IMG/VR virus record: IMGVR_UViG_3300020057_000027
Location: 1-64,000 of that record
Source: a virus
Direction: 5' to 3' (one strand)
Length of the DNA: 64,000 bases
The stretch's first letter is position 1; the number at the start of each line of letters is the position of its first letter. A model generated the notes under the pieces. That model had not been told where the DNA came from and did not search any database. It was given only the letters and a program-made list of their open reading frames with translations. This document shows, one piece after another, positions 8,318 through 17,269 of this stretch. Made by a program: the position numbers and the translations under genes.

Positions 8318-10778
8318 ATTTTTTAAATTTAGAGTCCCAGGCTATCAGTTCATGCCAGCGTACAAGATGCGTACCTGGGATGGTTATATTCGCTTATTCA
8401 ATACTATGGATTGGAGTCTATACGCAGGCTTAATTCATTACCTAAAAGTATTCTGTGATGCTAGAGATTATACTTTAGATATCGATCCAGAAATAGAAGA
8501 GATAACTCCTTTCACATTAGAAGATACAAATAGCCTAACTAAACGGCTTAAATTACCCTTTGATGCTCGTGACTATCAACTCAGTGCGATACACTACGCT
8601 GTGAAGCACAGGAGAGCTTTATTAGTGTCTCCTACAGGGTGTCACGTCGCAGGAACTAAGGTCATACAATACGACGGTTCTTGTAAAACTGTGGAAAACC
8701 TACAAGTCGGTGACTTGTTAATGGGACCCGATAATTATCCAAGAACGGTATTAAAGACTATTAAAGGATACGGAAAAATATATAAAATTGCATGTGGTGG
8801 ACGCAAAAGTAACAAATTTAAAAGTTTTGAAGTTAATGGGGAACATATTTTAAGTTTGGTTCATACGTCGAAAGAGAATATAATTAATATTTCAGTGGAA
8901 GATTACATTAAGAAAAGTAAACATTGGAGACACTGCCATAAACTGTACTGGAATGACAAATGTATTGCATTCAATAATGATAATAAAACTCTCTTAGTTG
9001 ATCCATATATTGTTGGTGCCTATCTCGGAGATGGGCATTCGCGCACCCCTGCACTTACCTCGAAAGATAATGAGCTAATTGAACACTTTGCTGATTATGT
9101 TAAGATGGAATTCCATATCACACCAACCATCAAAACAAACAGGAGTAATTGTCGAACGATACGATTTTCTGATATAAAAAACACCACCCGTAGTAGCCCA
9201 AATAAATTCACGGATGCTTTCAGAAAGATTGGAATTGATATCGGTGGCTCTTTAACCTGTGGTAATAAGTATATTCCTGACGTATACAAAACATCATCTA
9301 TTTCTAGTAGATTGCAACTCTTAGCAGGATTAATAGATACGGACGGGTATTTAAGTAAAACCAAAACTTATTATTCATATACATCTAAATCCAAACAACT
9401 GGTCGAAGACGTAGCATTTGTGGCAAGAAGTTTGGGGTTTTTTGTAAAAATCAAAAGCGGATTAAAGTGTGCCACAAATACCATCGCAAAAATTAAGAGA
9501 ATATATTGGTCGTGTTCAATTATTGGAAATATATCTATTATTCCGTGTAAGTTAGATAGAAAAAAGGCAATAGTAGATAACCCAAACAAAAAACACAACC
9601 GACACTGTTTTACAGTGGAAGATGTTGGTAACAATACGTTTTATGGTATGCAGTTAGATGGGGATCATTTATATTTTCTAGGTGATTGGTGTGTAACCCA
9701 CAACTCAGGCAAAAGCCTAATCATCTATTCCCTAGCTAGACATTACAACAAAAAGACTTTGATTATCGTTCCAACAATATCGTTGGTATCTCAGATGATA
9801 TCAGACTTTAGAGACTATGCTAAGAAAGATCCAAAGTTTGATGTTGATAAAATGTGCCACCCTATTTTCTCAGGTCAAGATAAGACAACTAAGAAACCTA
9901 TCGTGGTTTCTACGTGGCAATCGATCTATAAAATGCCAAAAGAATACTTCAAAGATTTTGATGTTGTGATTGGTGATGAGGTTCACCAATTCAAAGCAAA
10001 CTCAATGAAAGGTATAATGGAGAAACTTGTAAATACTACTTACAGGTTCGGCACTACAGGTACACTTGATGGCACACAAACACATAAGCTAGTGCTTGAA
10101 GGTTTGTTTGGCCCAGTCTTCAAAGTTACTACAACCAAAACATTGATGGATAAAAAGCAATTAGCAGAATTAAATATTAAATGTTTAATATTGAAATACT
10201 CTGAAGAGACTTGTAAAGCAAATAAAATTCTGAAGTATCAAGATGAAATCAAATATCTTATTCTAAACAAGAAGCGTAATTTGTTTATTCGCAATCTAGC
10301 AGTAAGCATGAAATCTAATACGCTTATATTATTCCAATTCATAAGTCATGGTAAAGTTTTATATGACTCAATTAAAAAGAAAGTTGAAGAGACTACTCCA
10401 AATAGAAAGGTGTTTTTTGTCTCTGGTGCTACTGAAGGTGAAGTAAGAGAACAGATCAGAAAGATTACTGATAAACAGAAAGATGCGATCATCGTTGCTT
10501 CAAGTGGTGTATTCAGTACAGGTATTAATATAAAGAATCTTGATAACATCATATTCGCTTCGCCTACAAAATCAAGAATTAAAACATTACAGAGTATTGG
10601 CAGAGCATTACGTATTGGTGATTCAGATAAAGCAACACTATATGATATCGTTGATGATATGATACACAAGCAACATAAAAACTTTGCTATCAAACACTTT
10701 CTTGAAAGAGTTAAAATATACAACGCTGAGAAGTTCAAGTACAAGCTCCATCAAATAGATTTGGAGCCCACTAAATAA
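8235..10778 (+). CDS. uvsW: UvsW DNA helicase containing a LAGLIDADG intein
   Basis: WDG.IRLF, RDYQ, SPTG|intein|SGKS Walker A, DEVH, QSIGR. Confidence 0.95.
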   Translation: MEHLSIKKINQVYVRVETSSGVIQELSEFFKFRVPGYQFMPAYKMRTWDGYIRLFNTMDWSLYAGLIHYLKVFCDARDYTLDIDPEIEEITPFTLEDTNSLTKRLKLPFDARDYQLSAIHYAVKHRRALLVSPTGCHVAGTKVIQYDGSCKTVENLQVGDLLMGPDNYPRTVLKTIKGYGKIYKIACGGRKSNKFKSFEVNGEHILSLVHTSKENIINISVEDYIKKSKHWRHCHKLYWNDKCIAFNNDNKTLLVDPYIVGAYLGDGHSRTPALTSKDNELIEHFADYVKMEFHITPTIKTNRSNCRTIRFSDIKNTTRSSPNKFTDAFRKIGIDIGGSLTCGNKYIPDVYKTSSISSRLQLLAGLIDTDGYLSKTKTYYSYTSKSKQLVEDVAFVARSLGFFVKIKSGLKCATNTIAKIKRIYWSCSIIGNISIIPCKLDRKKAIVDNPNKKHNRHCFTVEDVGNNTFYGMQLDGDHLYFLGDWCVTHNSGKSLIIYSLARHYNKKTLIIVPTISLVSQMISDFRDYAKKDPKFDVDKMCHPIFSGQDKTTKKPIVVSTWQSIYKMPKEYFKDFDVVIGDEVHQFKANSMKGIMEKLVNTTYRFGTTGTLDGTQTHKLVLEGLFGPVFKVTTTKTLMDKKQLAELNIKCLILKYSEETCKANKILKYQDEIKYLILNKKRNLFIRNLAVSMKSNTLILFQFISHGKVLYDSIKKKVEETTPNRKVFFVSGATEGEVREQIRKITDKQKDAIIVASSGVFSTGINIKNLDNIIFASPTKSRIKTLQSIGRALRIGDSDKATLYDIVDDMIHKQHKNFAIKHFLERVKIYNAEKFKYKLHQIDLEPTK
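8640..9704 (+). mobile_element. Intein (355 aa) in UvsW Walker A, with LAGLIDADG endonuclease
   Basis: Starts CHVAGT, ends VTHN|S; contains GAYLGDG and LAGLIDTDG. Confidence 0.95.
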
Positions 10779-10807
10779 TTCTGTTAGTTAAACTATCAAG
10801 GTAAACT

Positions 10808-11221
10808 ATGGCAGATCTTAAAGTAATCAAATTAGTTAATGGTGATGAAGTCATCGGATACGTTGATGATGGAGCTGTGAAAGATACTAATGATGAAGGT
10901 GAAGAGTATACCGTTAGAAATTTAATCTTCATTAAAGGCCCAATGCGAGTAGTACAAGAATATGATCGCAAGAGTAGAGGTCACTCTATTTTCTTGATTG
11001 ATTGGATGCCATCTTGTAACAGCAACACTTTACCTATACCCAAAGATAAAATTATAACAATGGATACTCCAAACGAATCTGTAATAGAACATTATGCAGA
11101 GTTGATGGTTGGACGATTAGACGAAGAAGACCGAGAAGAAGAATTAAATAAAGTTGAATTAAAAAAACAAGCAACGTTAGAAATATTAAAAAATCTGAAA
11201 ACAGATGATGATATGCACTAG
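10808..11221 (+). CDS. Conserved T4-like protein (Sm-like N-terminus)
   Basis: IKLVNGDEVIG motif; usual position between uvsW and gp55. Confidence 0.6.
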   Translation: MADLKVIKLVNGDEVIGYVDDGAVKDTNDEGEEYTVRNLIFIKGPMRVVQEYDRKSRGHSIFLIDWMPSCNSNTLPIPKDKIITMDTPNESVIEHYAELMVGRLDEEDREEELNKVELKKQATLEILKNLKTDDDMH

Positions 11222-11326
11222 GTGGAACTATTTTTGAGCCAAGCCGAAATAATTTTGGAAACCCTGTTTTTTTATTCTTTGGAACACTATATACTAGTGT
11301 CAACGAAAAAATAAATCCTTTAATAC

Positions 11327-11488
11327 TAAGCCTTACTATTCTTTAAAGGCCTACTAGGCCAAGAAATCTTTATTAGGCCATAAGCCTTACTATTCTTTAA
11401 AGGCCTACTAGGCCAAGAAATCTTTATTAGGCCATAAGCCTTACTATTCTTTAAAGGCCTACTAGGCCAAGAAATCTTTATTAGGCCA
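11327..11488. repeat. Perfect tandem repeat, 3 x 54 bp
   Basis: taagccttactattctttaaaggcctactaggccaagaaatctttattaggcca at 11327, 11381 and 11435. Confidence 0.97.
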
Positions 11489-11534
11489 AAAGAAATCCCT
11501 TTTATATATTAATAGTTTCTGTTATACTCATGAT

Positions 11535-11735
11535 ATGAATAACATTAACAGACCAATCATTCGCATCGAAGAACAAGAAGTTTCAAAACTATCTGAAACA
11601 TTATTTGAATCTCTTCTTACTCAATGTCAAATTATATTTACTAGAGAGGGAAAAGATACCGTAGTATCTGTTCCTTACGATGACTATGTAAAGATGCAAG
11701 ATACGACTGTCGCTGATATAAACAAGGATGAATAA
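11535..11735 (+). CDS. Phd/YefM antitoxin-like small protein
   Basis: IIFTREGKDTVVSVPYDDYVKMQDT resembles the Phd/YefM pattern V.ITR.GK..AV.....Y..L.ET. Confidence 0.5.
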   Translation: MNNINRPIIRIEEQEVSKLSETLFESLLTQCQIIFTREGKDTVVSVPYDDYVKMQDTTVADINKDE

Positions 11736-12372
11736 TATGGCTGATGAAACAAATGGAAATACGGAAGAACAGTTACCAAAAACAAAACTAAAAGGTAACA
11801 AGCCAATTAAGATCAAAGCAAAAGATAGACCACACTACGTAAACAATGCAGAGTTTCTTGCACACATGAAGCTCCACATCAAAGCTGTAAATGATGCAAA
11901 GCGAAAGAAGCTTCCAGCTCCACAAGTATCAGACTTCATAGGTGAATGTATTCTTAACATGGCAAATAAAATTGTCAACAGACCAAACTTTATGAATTAT
12001 CCTTTCAGAGAAGAAATGATATCTGATGGAATAGAAAACTGCTTAATGTATCTCAATAACTTTAACCCAAAGAAATCTAATAACCCATTCGCATATTTTA
12101 CACAGATCATTTGGTTCGCTTTTATAAGACGAATACAAAGAGAAAAGAAACATCTATATACAAAGTACCGAATGATCGAAGAGAGTTTTACTGGAGAGTA
12201 TCCAGATGAGATAGCTGCACCAACTCAATACGGTAATGAATACTCAGAACAGTATCGGCAAGAGTTTGTAGCAAACTTTGAACGTGGAAGAGAAGAAAAG
12301 AAAGCCAAGAACAAAAAGAAGAAGAAAGGTAAAGCCAATCTGGAAGATGTTCTTGAGGATAAAGATACTTGA
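11728..12372 (+). CDS. gp55: Late-transcription sigma factor
   Basis: HYVNNAEF, PNFMNYPFREEMISDG, NPFAYFTQI...AF.RRI..EK. Confidence 0.96.
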   Translation: MNNMADETNGNTEEQLPKTKLKGNKPIKIKAKDRPHYVNNAEFLAHMKLHIKAVNDAKRKKLPAPQVSDFIGECILNMANKIVNRPNFMNYPFREEMISDGIENCLMYLNNFNPKKSNNPFAYFTQIIWFAFIRRIQREKKHLYTKYRMIEESFTGEYPDEIAAPTQYGNEYSEQYRQEFVANFERGREEKKAKNKKKKKGKANLEDVLEDKDT

Positions 12373-12386
12373 CAAAGGTATAAAGA

Positions 12387-12650
12387 ATGTGTTATTATTA
12401 TCTAGGTAAAGAGATCGGATATGACGGATGTGGAACACCTACCGATGAATTTGTAGTTTATACACTGGATAATAATCCACATCAACACACGCAAAGTTTA
12501 GTTTTCTTGGCGGGATTTGTTGATATTGAAAGTGCAGTTAAATTTTTGAGAGATTGTTATGAGGGAAAAATATCAACCGAATATATTCAGAAAGCTAAAA
12601 TGGAAGCTAGAAGCCGCCCAAGATTGGGTGCGATATCGCACATACGATAA
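12387..12650 (+). CDS. Hypothetical protein
   Basis: ORF; start uncertain, overlaps a TTGACA promoter. Confidence 0.45.
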   Translation: MCYYYLGKEIGYDGCGTPTDEFVVYTLDNNPHQHTQSLVFLAGFVDIESAVKFLRDCYEGKISTEYIQKAKMEARSRPRLGAISHIR

Positions 12651-13296
12651 GTATCATATAGTTCATACAGATCTAGAGCCAGCTTACTACGATAAAGACA
12701 CACTTCTATTACACGCAAATTTTTCTATTCTAGCACAGTTCGTTGAAGTTGAATGTGCTTGGATGAATGATGTATTTGATAAGAAAAAGAGAAACTGGCG
12801 ATTTAAACTTCCTAGAATTATTCGCAACACTTTATTTCCTATATCTTCTCGTGAAGATGGACTTGCTTTTATTGATTGGCATATCACTCACGAATCTACT
12901 GATGAAGATAAACGCAACATGGGATTTGAAACTGATGAAGCTTATGAAGCATATAGAAAAGATTATTCAGCTCCGTGGAAAGAAATTCAAGATCTTTATA
13001 TTTGGTGGAAGGATATAAGACCTGCTAGACAAGACCCAATGGATCTTTCTGGTTGGTCTGCTTGGTGTGATAATAAGAGACAGAAATATGGTTCTTGGCT
13101 TGACCGTTCAAATATGAAAGAGATCGAAGTCAAGGGACAAAAGTTTTTTGAAATGATCAACAGAAATACTCCAGAAGAGCAAGCAGAAGAAAAAAGAATT
13201 CTAGATCTTAATCATAAGATTGAAGAAGAGCAAGAGAAAGAAGATGAGGACATGCTTGTTCGTTTAATTAAAATTCGTAGATGTTTGTGGACATAA
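12559..13296 (+). CDS. Hypothetical protein
   Basis: Long ORF ending LVRLIKIRRCLWT. Confidence 0.7.
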   Translation: MREKYQPNIFRKLKWKLEAAQDWVRYRTYDKYHIVHTDLEPAYYDKDTLLLHANFSILAQFVEVECAWMNDVFDKKKRNWRFKLPRIIRNTLFPISSREDGLAFIDWHITHESTDEDKRNMGFETDEAYEAYRKDYSAPWKEIQDLYIWWKDIRPARQDPMDLSGWSAWCDNKRQKYGSWLDRSNMKEIEVKGQKFFEMINRNTPEEQAEEKRILDLNHKIEEEQEKEDEDMLVRLIKIRRCLWT

Positions 13297-13303
13297 TTTA
13301 GCA

Positions 13304-13555
13304 ATGGCTCTGGACAAAGAAAAATTAATTGATAGTTTATACACTAGATGTGCTGAGAGATCGGCCACAAGTAAGCAAGTCTTTGCTGCTATAGTAAAAG
13401 ATCTAGGATTAATTGGAACCTCTGTAGTAGAAGAGAAGGCTATAGATATAATTCGTCCATACAAGCAATCAGGAAAAAACCTTGAATTAACTAGCAATTT
13501 ACTATATGATATACTTAACACTTCTAATAGTAGCGGTGGATCAACATGGGGCTAA
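13304..13555 (+). CDS. Hypothetical protein
   Basis: ORF packed in operon. Confidence 0.55.
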   Translation: MALDKEKLIDSLYTRCAERSATSKQVFAAIVKDLGLIGTSVVEEKAIDIIRPYKQSGKNLELTSNLLYDILNTSNSSGGSTWG

Positions 13556-13561
13556 ATTATT

Positions 13562-13819
13562 ATGAAGAAATCAAAAGTCAAACCATATTCATTAAAGGGC
13601 GTCTTTAATAAAGAAGAGAAAAAGAATCCACCTGATTACGTAGTCATTGATGGTAATCATTATGAAAGATTAGAAACTAAAACAGTATCAGTAGATCTTG
13701 ATTTAGATCCTGATGTTTTAATTACCATTAATAATACTTTTAAACAAGGTGGTTTCGTTAATAAAGCAGAAGTGATTAGATCGGCCCTTCGTTTTGCTGT
13801 ACTTAATGAAGTCAAGTAA
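13562..13819 (+). CDS. Ribbon-helix-helix (CopG/ParD-like) protein
   Basis: VSVDLD...GGFVNKAEVIRSALR matches the RHH G.F...SE.IR.ALR pattern. Confidence 0.6.
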   Translation: MKKSKVKPYSLKGVFNKEEKKNPPDYVVIDGNHYERLETKTVSVDLDLDPDVLITINNTFKQGGFVNKAEVIRSALRFAVLNEVK

Positions 13820-13821
13820 TA

Positions 13822-14898
13822 ATGAAAGTAGCAATCGTTACTGATACCCATTCGGGAGCGAGAAACGATAATCCCGCTTTTAATGAATTCTTCATATCGT
13901 TTTTTGAAAAACAATTTTTTCCTTATATAAAAGAACATGATATCAAACATGTTATTCATTTGGGTGACGTGTTTGACCGTCGCAAGTATATTAATTTTAA
14001 TACGCTTAGGTCTTGGCAAGAAAGAGTTTTTACGCCTCTGCATGGTCTTGTCTCGCATATGGATATTCTTATTGGTAATCATGATACTTATTTTAAGAAC
14101 ACTAATACAGTAAACAGTGTTGAAGGTTTATTATCTTCATTTCCTAAATTCAAAATCTATACTGAGCCAACAGAAGTTAAGGTTGGAGATAGAGACGTTC
14201 TTTTCTTACCGTGGATATGTGAAGATAACATAATACAATCAAGAAAGATGATTGAAGATACTAAAGCCCAAGTGTGTATGGGACATTTGGAACTTATGGG
14301 ATTTGAAATGCACTCTGGACATATTAATAAAGATAAAGGTCTAACTGCAAGCATCTTTGATAAGTTCTTTATGACTTTGACTGGACACTTTCATCATAAG
14401 TCTAGTAATAATGGTATTCATTATCTTGGTTCTCCATATCCTATTATCTGGAGCGACTGGGGAGATATTCGTGGTTTTCATATCTTTGATACTGAAACGT
14501 TAGATTTACAGTTCATTGAAAATCCAGCACAGATATTTTGTAAGATTTTTTATGATGATAGTAAAGAAACTTTTGATACGTTAGTTAATAAAGACTATTC
14601 TGGACTCACTGGAATGTTCGTTAAGATTATAGTTCAGAATAAAACTAATCCTTATCTGTTTGACCAATTCATAGAAGCATTACAGAAAGTAAATCCAACC
14701 GATATCAGTATAGTAGAAGCTGCATTTGAAAATACTTCAGAAGAAGAAGTTTTAGATGAAGCAAAAGACACACTATCAATTCTTATGGACTATGTTAAAT
14801 CTTTAAGTTTACAAACACATGAAACAGAATTAATGTCACTGTTCAATGATTTATATATTGAGGCACTAAACACTAGCGACCAAATTCAAGGAAGTTAA
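13822..14898 (+). CDS. gp47: Recombination endonuclease subunit (Mre11/SbcD-like)
   Basis: DTH.G, HLGD.FDRRK, GNHD, GHFH. Confidence 0.95.
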   Translation: MKVAIVTDTHSGARNDNPAFNEFFISFFEKQFFPYIKEHDIKHVIHLGDVFDRRKYINFNTLRSWQERVFTPLHGLVSHMDILIGNHDTYFKNTNTVNSVEGLLSSFPKFKIYTEPTEVKVGDRDVLFLPWICEDNIIQSRKMIEDTKAQVCMGHLELMGFEMHSGHINKDKGLTASIFDKFFMTLTGHFHHKSSNNGIHYLGSPYPIIWSDWGDIRGFHIFDTETLDLQFIENPAQIFCKIFYDDSKETFDTLVNKDYSGLTGMFVKIIVQNKTNPYLFDQFIEALQKVNPTDISIVEAAFENTSEEEVLDEAKDTLSILMDYVKSLSLQTHETELMSLFNDLYIEALNTSDQIQGS

Positions 14899-16604
14899 TG
14901 CTTGTATTTAAAACAGTAAGATGGAAGAATCTTCTGGCGACAGGAAATAATTTCATTGAAGTACAACTAGATAAGAATCATACCACAATTTTGCTTGGTC
15001 CTTCTGGTAGTGGTAAGAGTACAATGCTTGATGCTATCTCATTGGCGCTGTTTAATAGACCATTCAGAAACATTAATAAGAATCAAATAGTAAACTCAAT
15101 CAACGAAAAGAATTGTTTAGTTGAATTAGAATTTTCTCTAGGTAGTAAAGAGTATATAATTAAACGTGGAGTTAAACCTGCTATATTTGAAATCTATATT
15201 GATGGTAAACTTGTCAATCAAGATTCTCATATAAAAGACTATCAACAGTATCTTGAAAAACAGATCTTAAAGTTTAATTTCAAAGCGTTCTGCCAGATAG
15301 TAGTTCTCGGAGCATCAAACTTTACTCCATTCATGCAATTGAAGCCAGCAGATCGTAGATTGATTGTAGAAGGACTTCTGGATATAGAAATCTTTTCTGT
15401 GATGAATTTACTTTTGAAGCAGAGAGTGACTAATATTAAAACTTCTATAGTTGAAAATGATTATGCGATATCACTAGCCAAAGAAAAAATTGTAGTTCAT
15501 CAAAGATATCTTGAAGAAATCAGTAAAGATAAAGATGAAAAGATTAAAGACAACCTAGTTAAAATTGAAGAGAATAAACTTCAGATAGTAGATATACAAA
15601 ACAAGAACAAAGAACTATTATCACAAGTAGTAGAATTGGAAGCTAAACTTTCTTTTAAGAAAGAAGTTGAAGCTAACATATCAAAGGTTCAACGGATATC
15701 AAGTAAGCTTAATGACAATGTTAAGAAGTTTAACAAAGAAATAACTTTCTATGAACAGCATGATAGTTGTCCAACTTGTCAACAGGAAATTAAACCAGAC
15801 TTTAAGACTTTAGAAATTCAAAAGAAGAACGATAAGATTGAAGAATGTAATCAAGGTTTGTTACAAGTTCAAAGTAATCTGGAAAAATTAGATTCTAAGT
15901 TAGCAGATGCTCGTAAGATTGAATCAGAAATGGAAGTGATTCAATTACAAGTTCAAAAACATAACAGTACAGTAGATGCTATCAATCAATTCATTAAACG
16001 TATTGCCAAAGAAACTTTAGAGTTAAAAGATAGTGTTGCGTCCACACAAGATGTTGCCATTGAAGATCTAAACAATCAAATAGAAATATTAAACAAGAAG
16101 AAAGAAAATTTCTCAATAGAAAGAGCAGTTAATGATCTAGCATCTTCACTACTTAAAGATAGTGGAGTTAAAGCAAAGATTATTAAACAATATCTTCCAT
16201 TGATTAATAAGTACACCAATCAATTCTTAACTGCAATGAATTTCTTTATTACATTTTCCATTGATGAAGAATTTAATGAATGTATCAAACATCGTGGTAG
16301 AGATGATCTATCATATGCTAATTTTTCGGAAGGCGAAAAGCAGAGAATAGATCTTGCTCTATTATTCTGTTGGAGAAAGATTGCTAAGATGAAGAACAGC
16401 GTAAACACTAATCTATTAGTTCTGGATGAAGTTCTTGATAGTTATCTGGACACAAGTGCTACTGAGAATGTTCTCCAACTGGTTAATTCAGAATTGTTTA
16501 AGGATACAAACGTATTTGTTATTTCTCATAAAGAAAGCATAGCAGATAAGTTCCATGCAAATATTCGCTTTACAAAAAGCAAAAATTTCAGTATAATAGA
16601 ATAA
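14898..16604 (+). CDS. gp46: Recombination ATPase subunit (Rad50/SbcC-like)
   Basis: GPSGSGKS, CPTC zinc hook, coiled coil, FSEGEK, LDE. Confidence 0.96.
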   Translation: MLVFKTVRWKNLLATGNNFIEVQLDKNHTTILLGPSGSGKSTMLDAISLALFNRPFRNINKNQIVNSINEKNCLVELEFSLGSKEYIIKRGVKPAIFEIYIDGKLVNQDSHIKDYQQYLEKQILKFNFKAFCQIVVLGASNFTPFMQLKPADRRLIVEGLLDIEIFSVMNLLLKQRVTNIKTSIVENDYAISLAKEKIVVHQRYLEEISKDKDEKIKDNLVKIEENKLQIVDIQNKNKELLSQVVELEAKLSFKKEVEANISKVQRISSKLNDNVKKFNKEITFYEQHDSCPTCQQEIKPDFKTLEIQKKNDKIEECNQGLLQVQSNLEKLDSKLADARKIESEMEVIQLQVQKHNSTVDAINQFIKRIAKETLELKDSVASTQDVAIEDLNNQIEILNKKKENFSIERAVNDLASSLLKDSGVKAKIIKQYLPLINKYTNQFLTAMNFFITFSIDEEFNECIKHRGRDDLSYANFSEGEKQRIDLALLFCWRKIAKMKNSVNTNLLVLDEVLDSYLDTSATENVLQLVNSELFKDTNVFVISHKESIADKFHANIRFTKSKNFSIIE

Positions 16605-17269
16605 TGATTATCTTTGAGGTAAAAAACATGAGCAGTGAGCCAAAAATTAGCAATGCTATATTAGTCAACGAGTTCACAGAATTTGGAGTGAAATCATTTA
16701 AAGCAGATTTTGATTCATTGAAGAATAGTAATATTCCAATCATACCAATTCTAATTGATAGTTTTGGTGGTGAAATTTATTCATTACTTGCTATGTTAGA
16801 TATTATGGTAAGTTCTGATAGACCTATTGCTACAATCGCATTAGGTAAAGCAATGTCGTGTGGTAGTATATTACTTGCTTGTGGTTCTCCTGGACTAAGA
16901 TTTATCGGGCCACATTCTACTGTTATGATTCATGATGCTGGTTCAGTTTCATTTGGTAAGATAGAAGATCTAAAAGCAGATGTTGGAGAAGCTGAAAGAT
17001 TAAACAATAAAATCTTTGGTATACTTAATGAAAAGTGTGGTAGACCACAGGGATATTTTCAGAAGATTGTAGCAGAAAAGAAACACGCCAATTGGTATTT
17101 AACTCCAGAAGAAGCATTGAAGCATGGTGTGGTTGATAAGATTGGTATACCTATTTTAGATCATGGTTTTAATTTAGATATAGCAACTGGCAAAGAGAAA
17201 AAAGATGACAAAAAGAAAAAAGTGGTTTTACGAAAGAGCGGACGAGTTCCTAGAAAGCCCCGTAAATAA
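16604..17269 (+). CDS. clpP: ClpP-like protease
   Basis: IDSFGG, GKAMSCG, VMIHD, YLTPEEALKHG..D. Confidence 0.88.
   Translation: MIIFEVKNMSSEPKISNAILVNEFTEFGVKSFKADFDSLKNSNIPIIPILIDSFGGEIYSLLAMLDIMVSSDRPIATIALGKAMSCGSILLACGSPGLRFIGPHSTVMIHDAGSVSFGKIEDLKADVGEAERLNNKIFGILNEKCGRPQGYFQKIVAEKKHANWYLTPEEALKHGVVDKIGIPILDHGFNLDIATGKEKKDDKKKKVVLRKSGRVPRKPRK

Noticed and set aside
11327-11488. 54-bp repeats as a CRISPR array
   Set aside because: Copies are directly adjacent and identical, with no unique spacers and no cas genes
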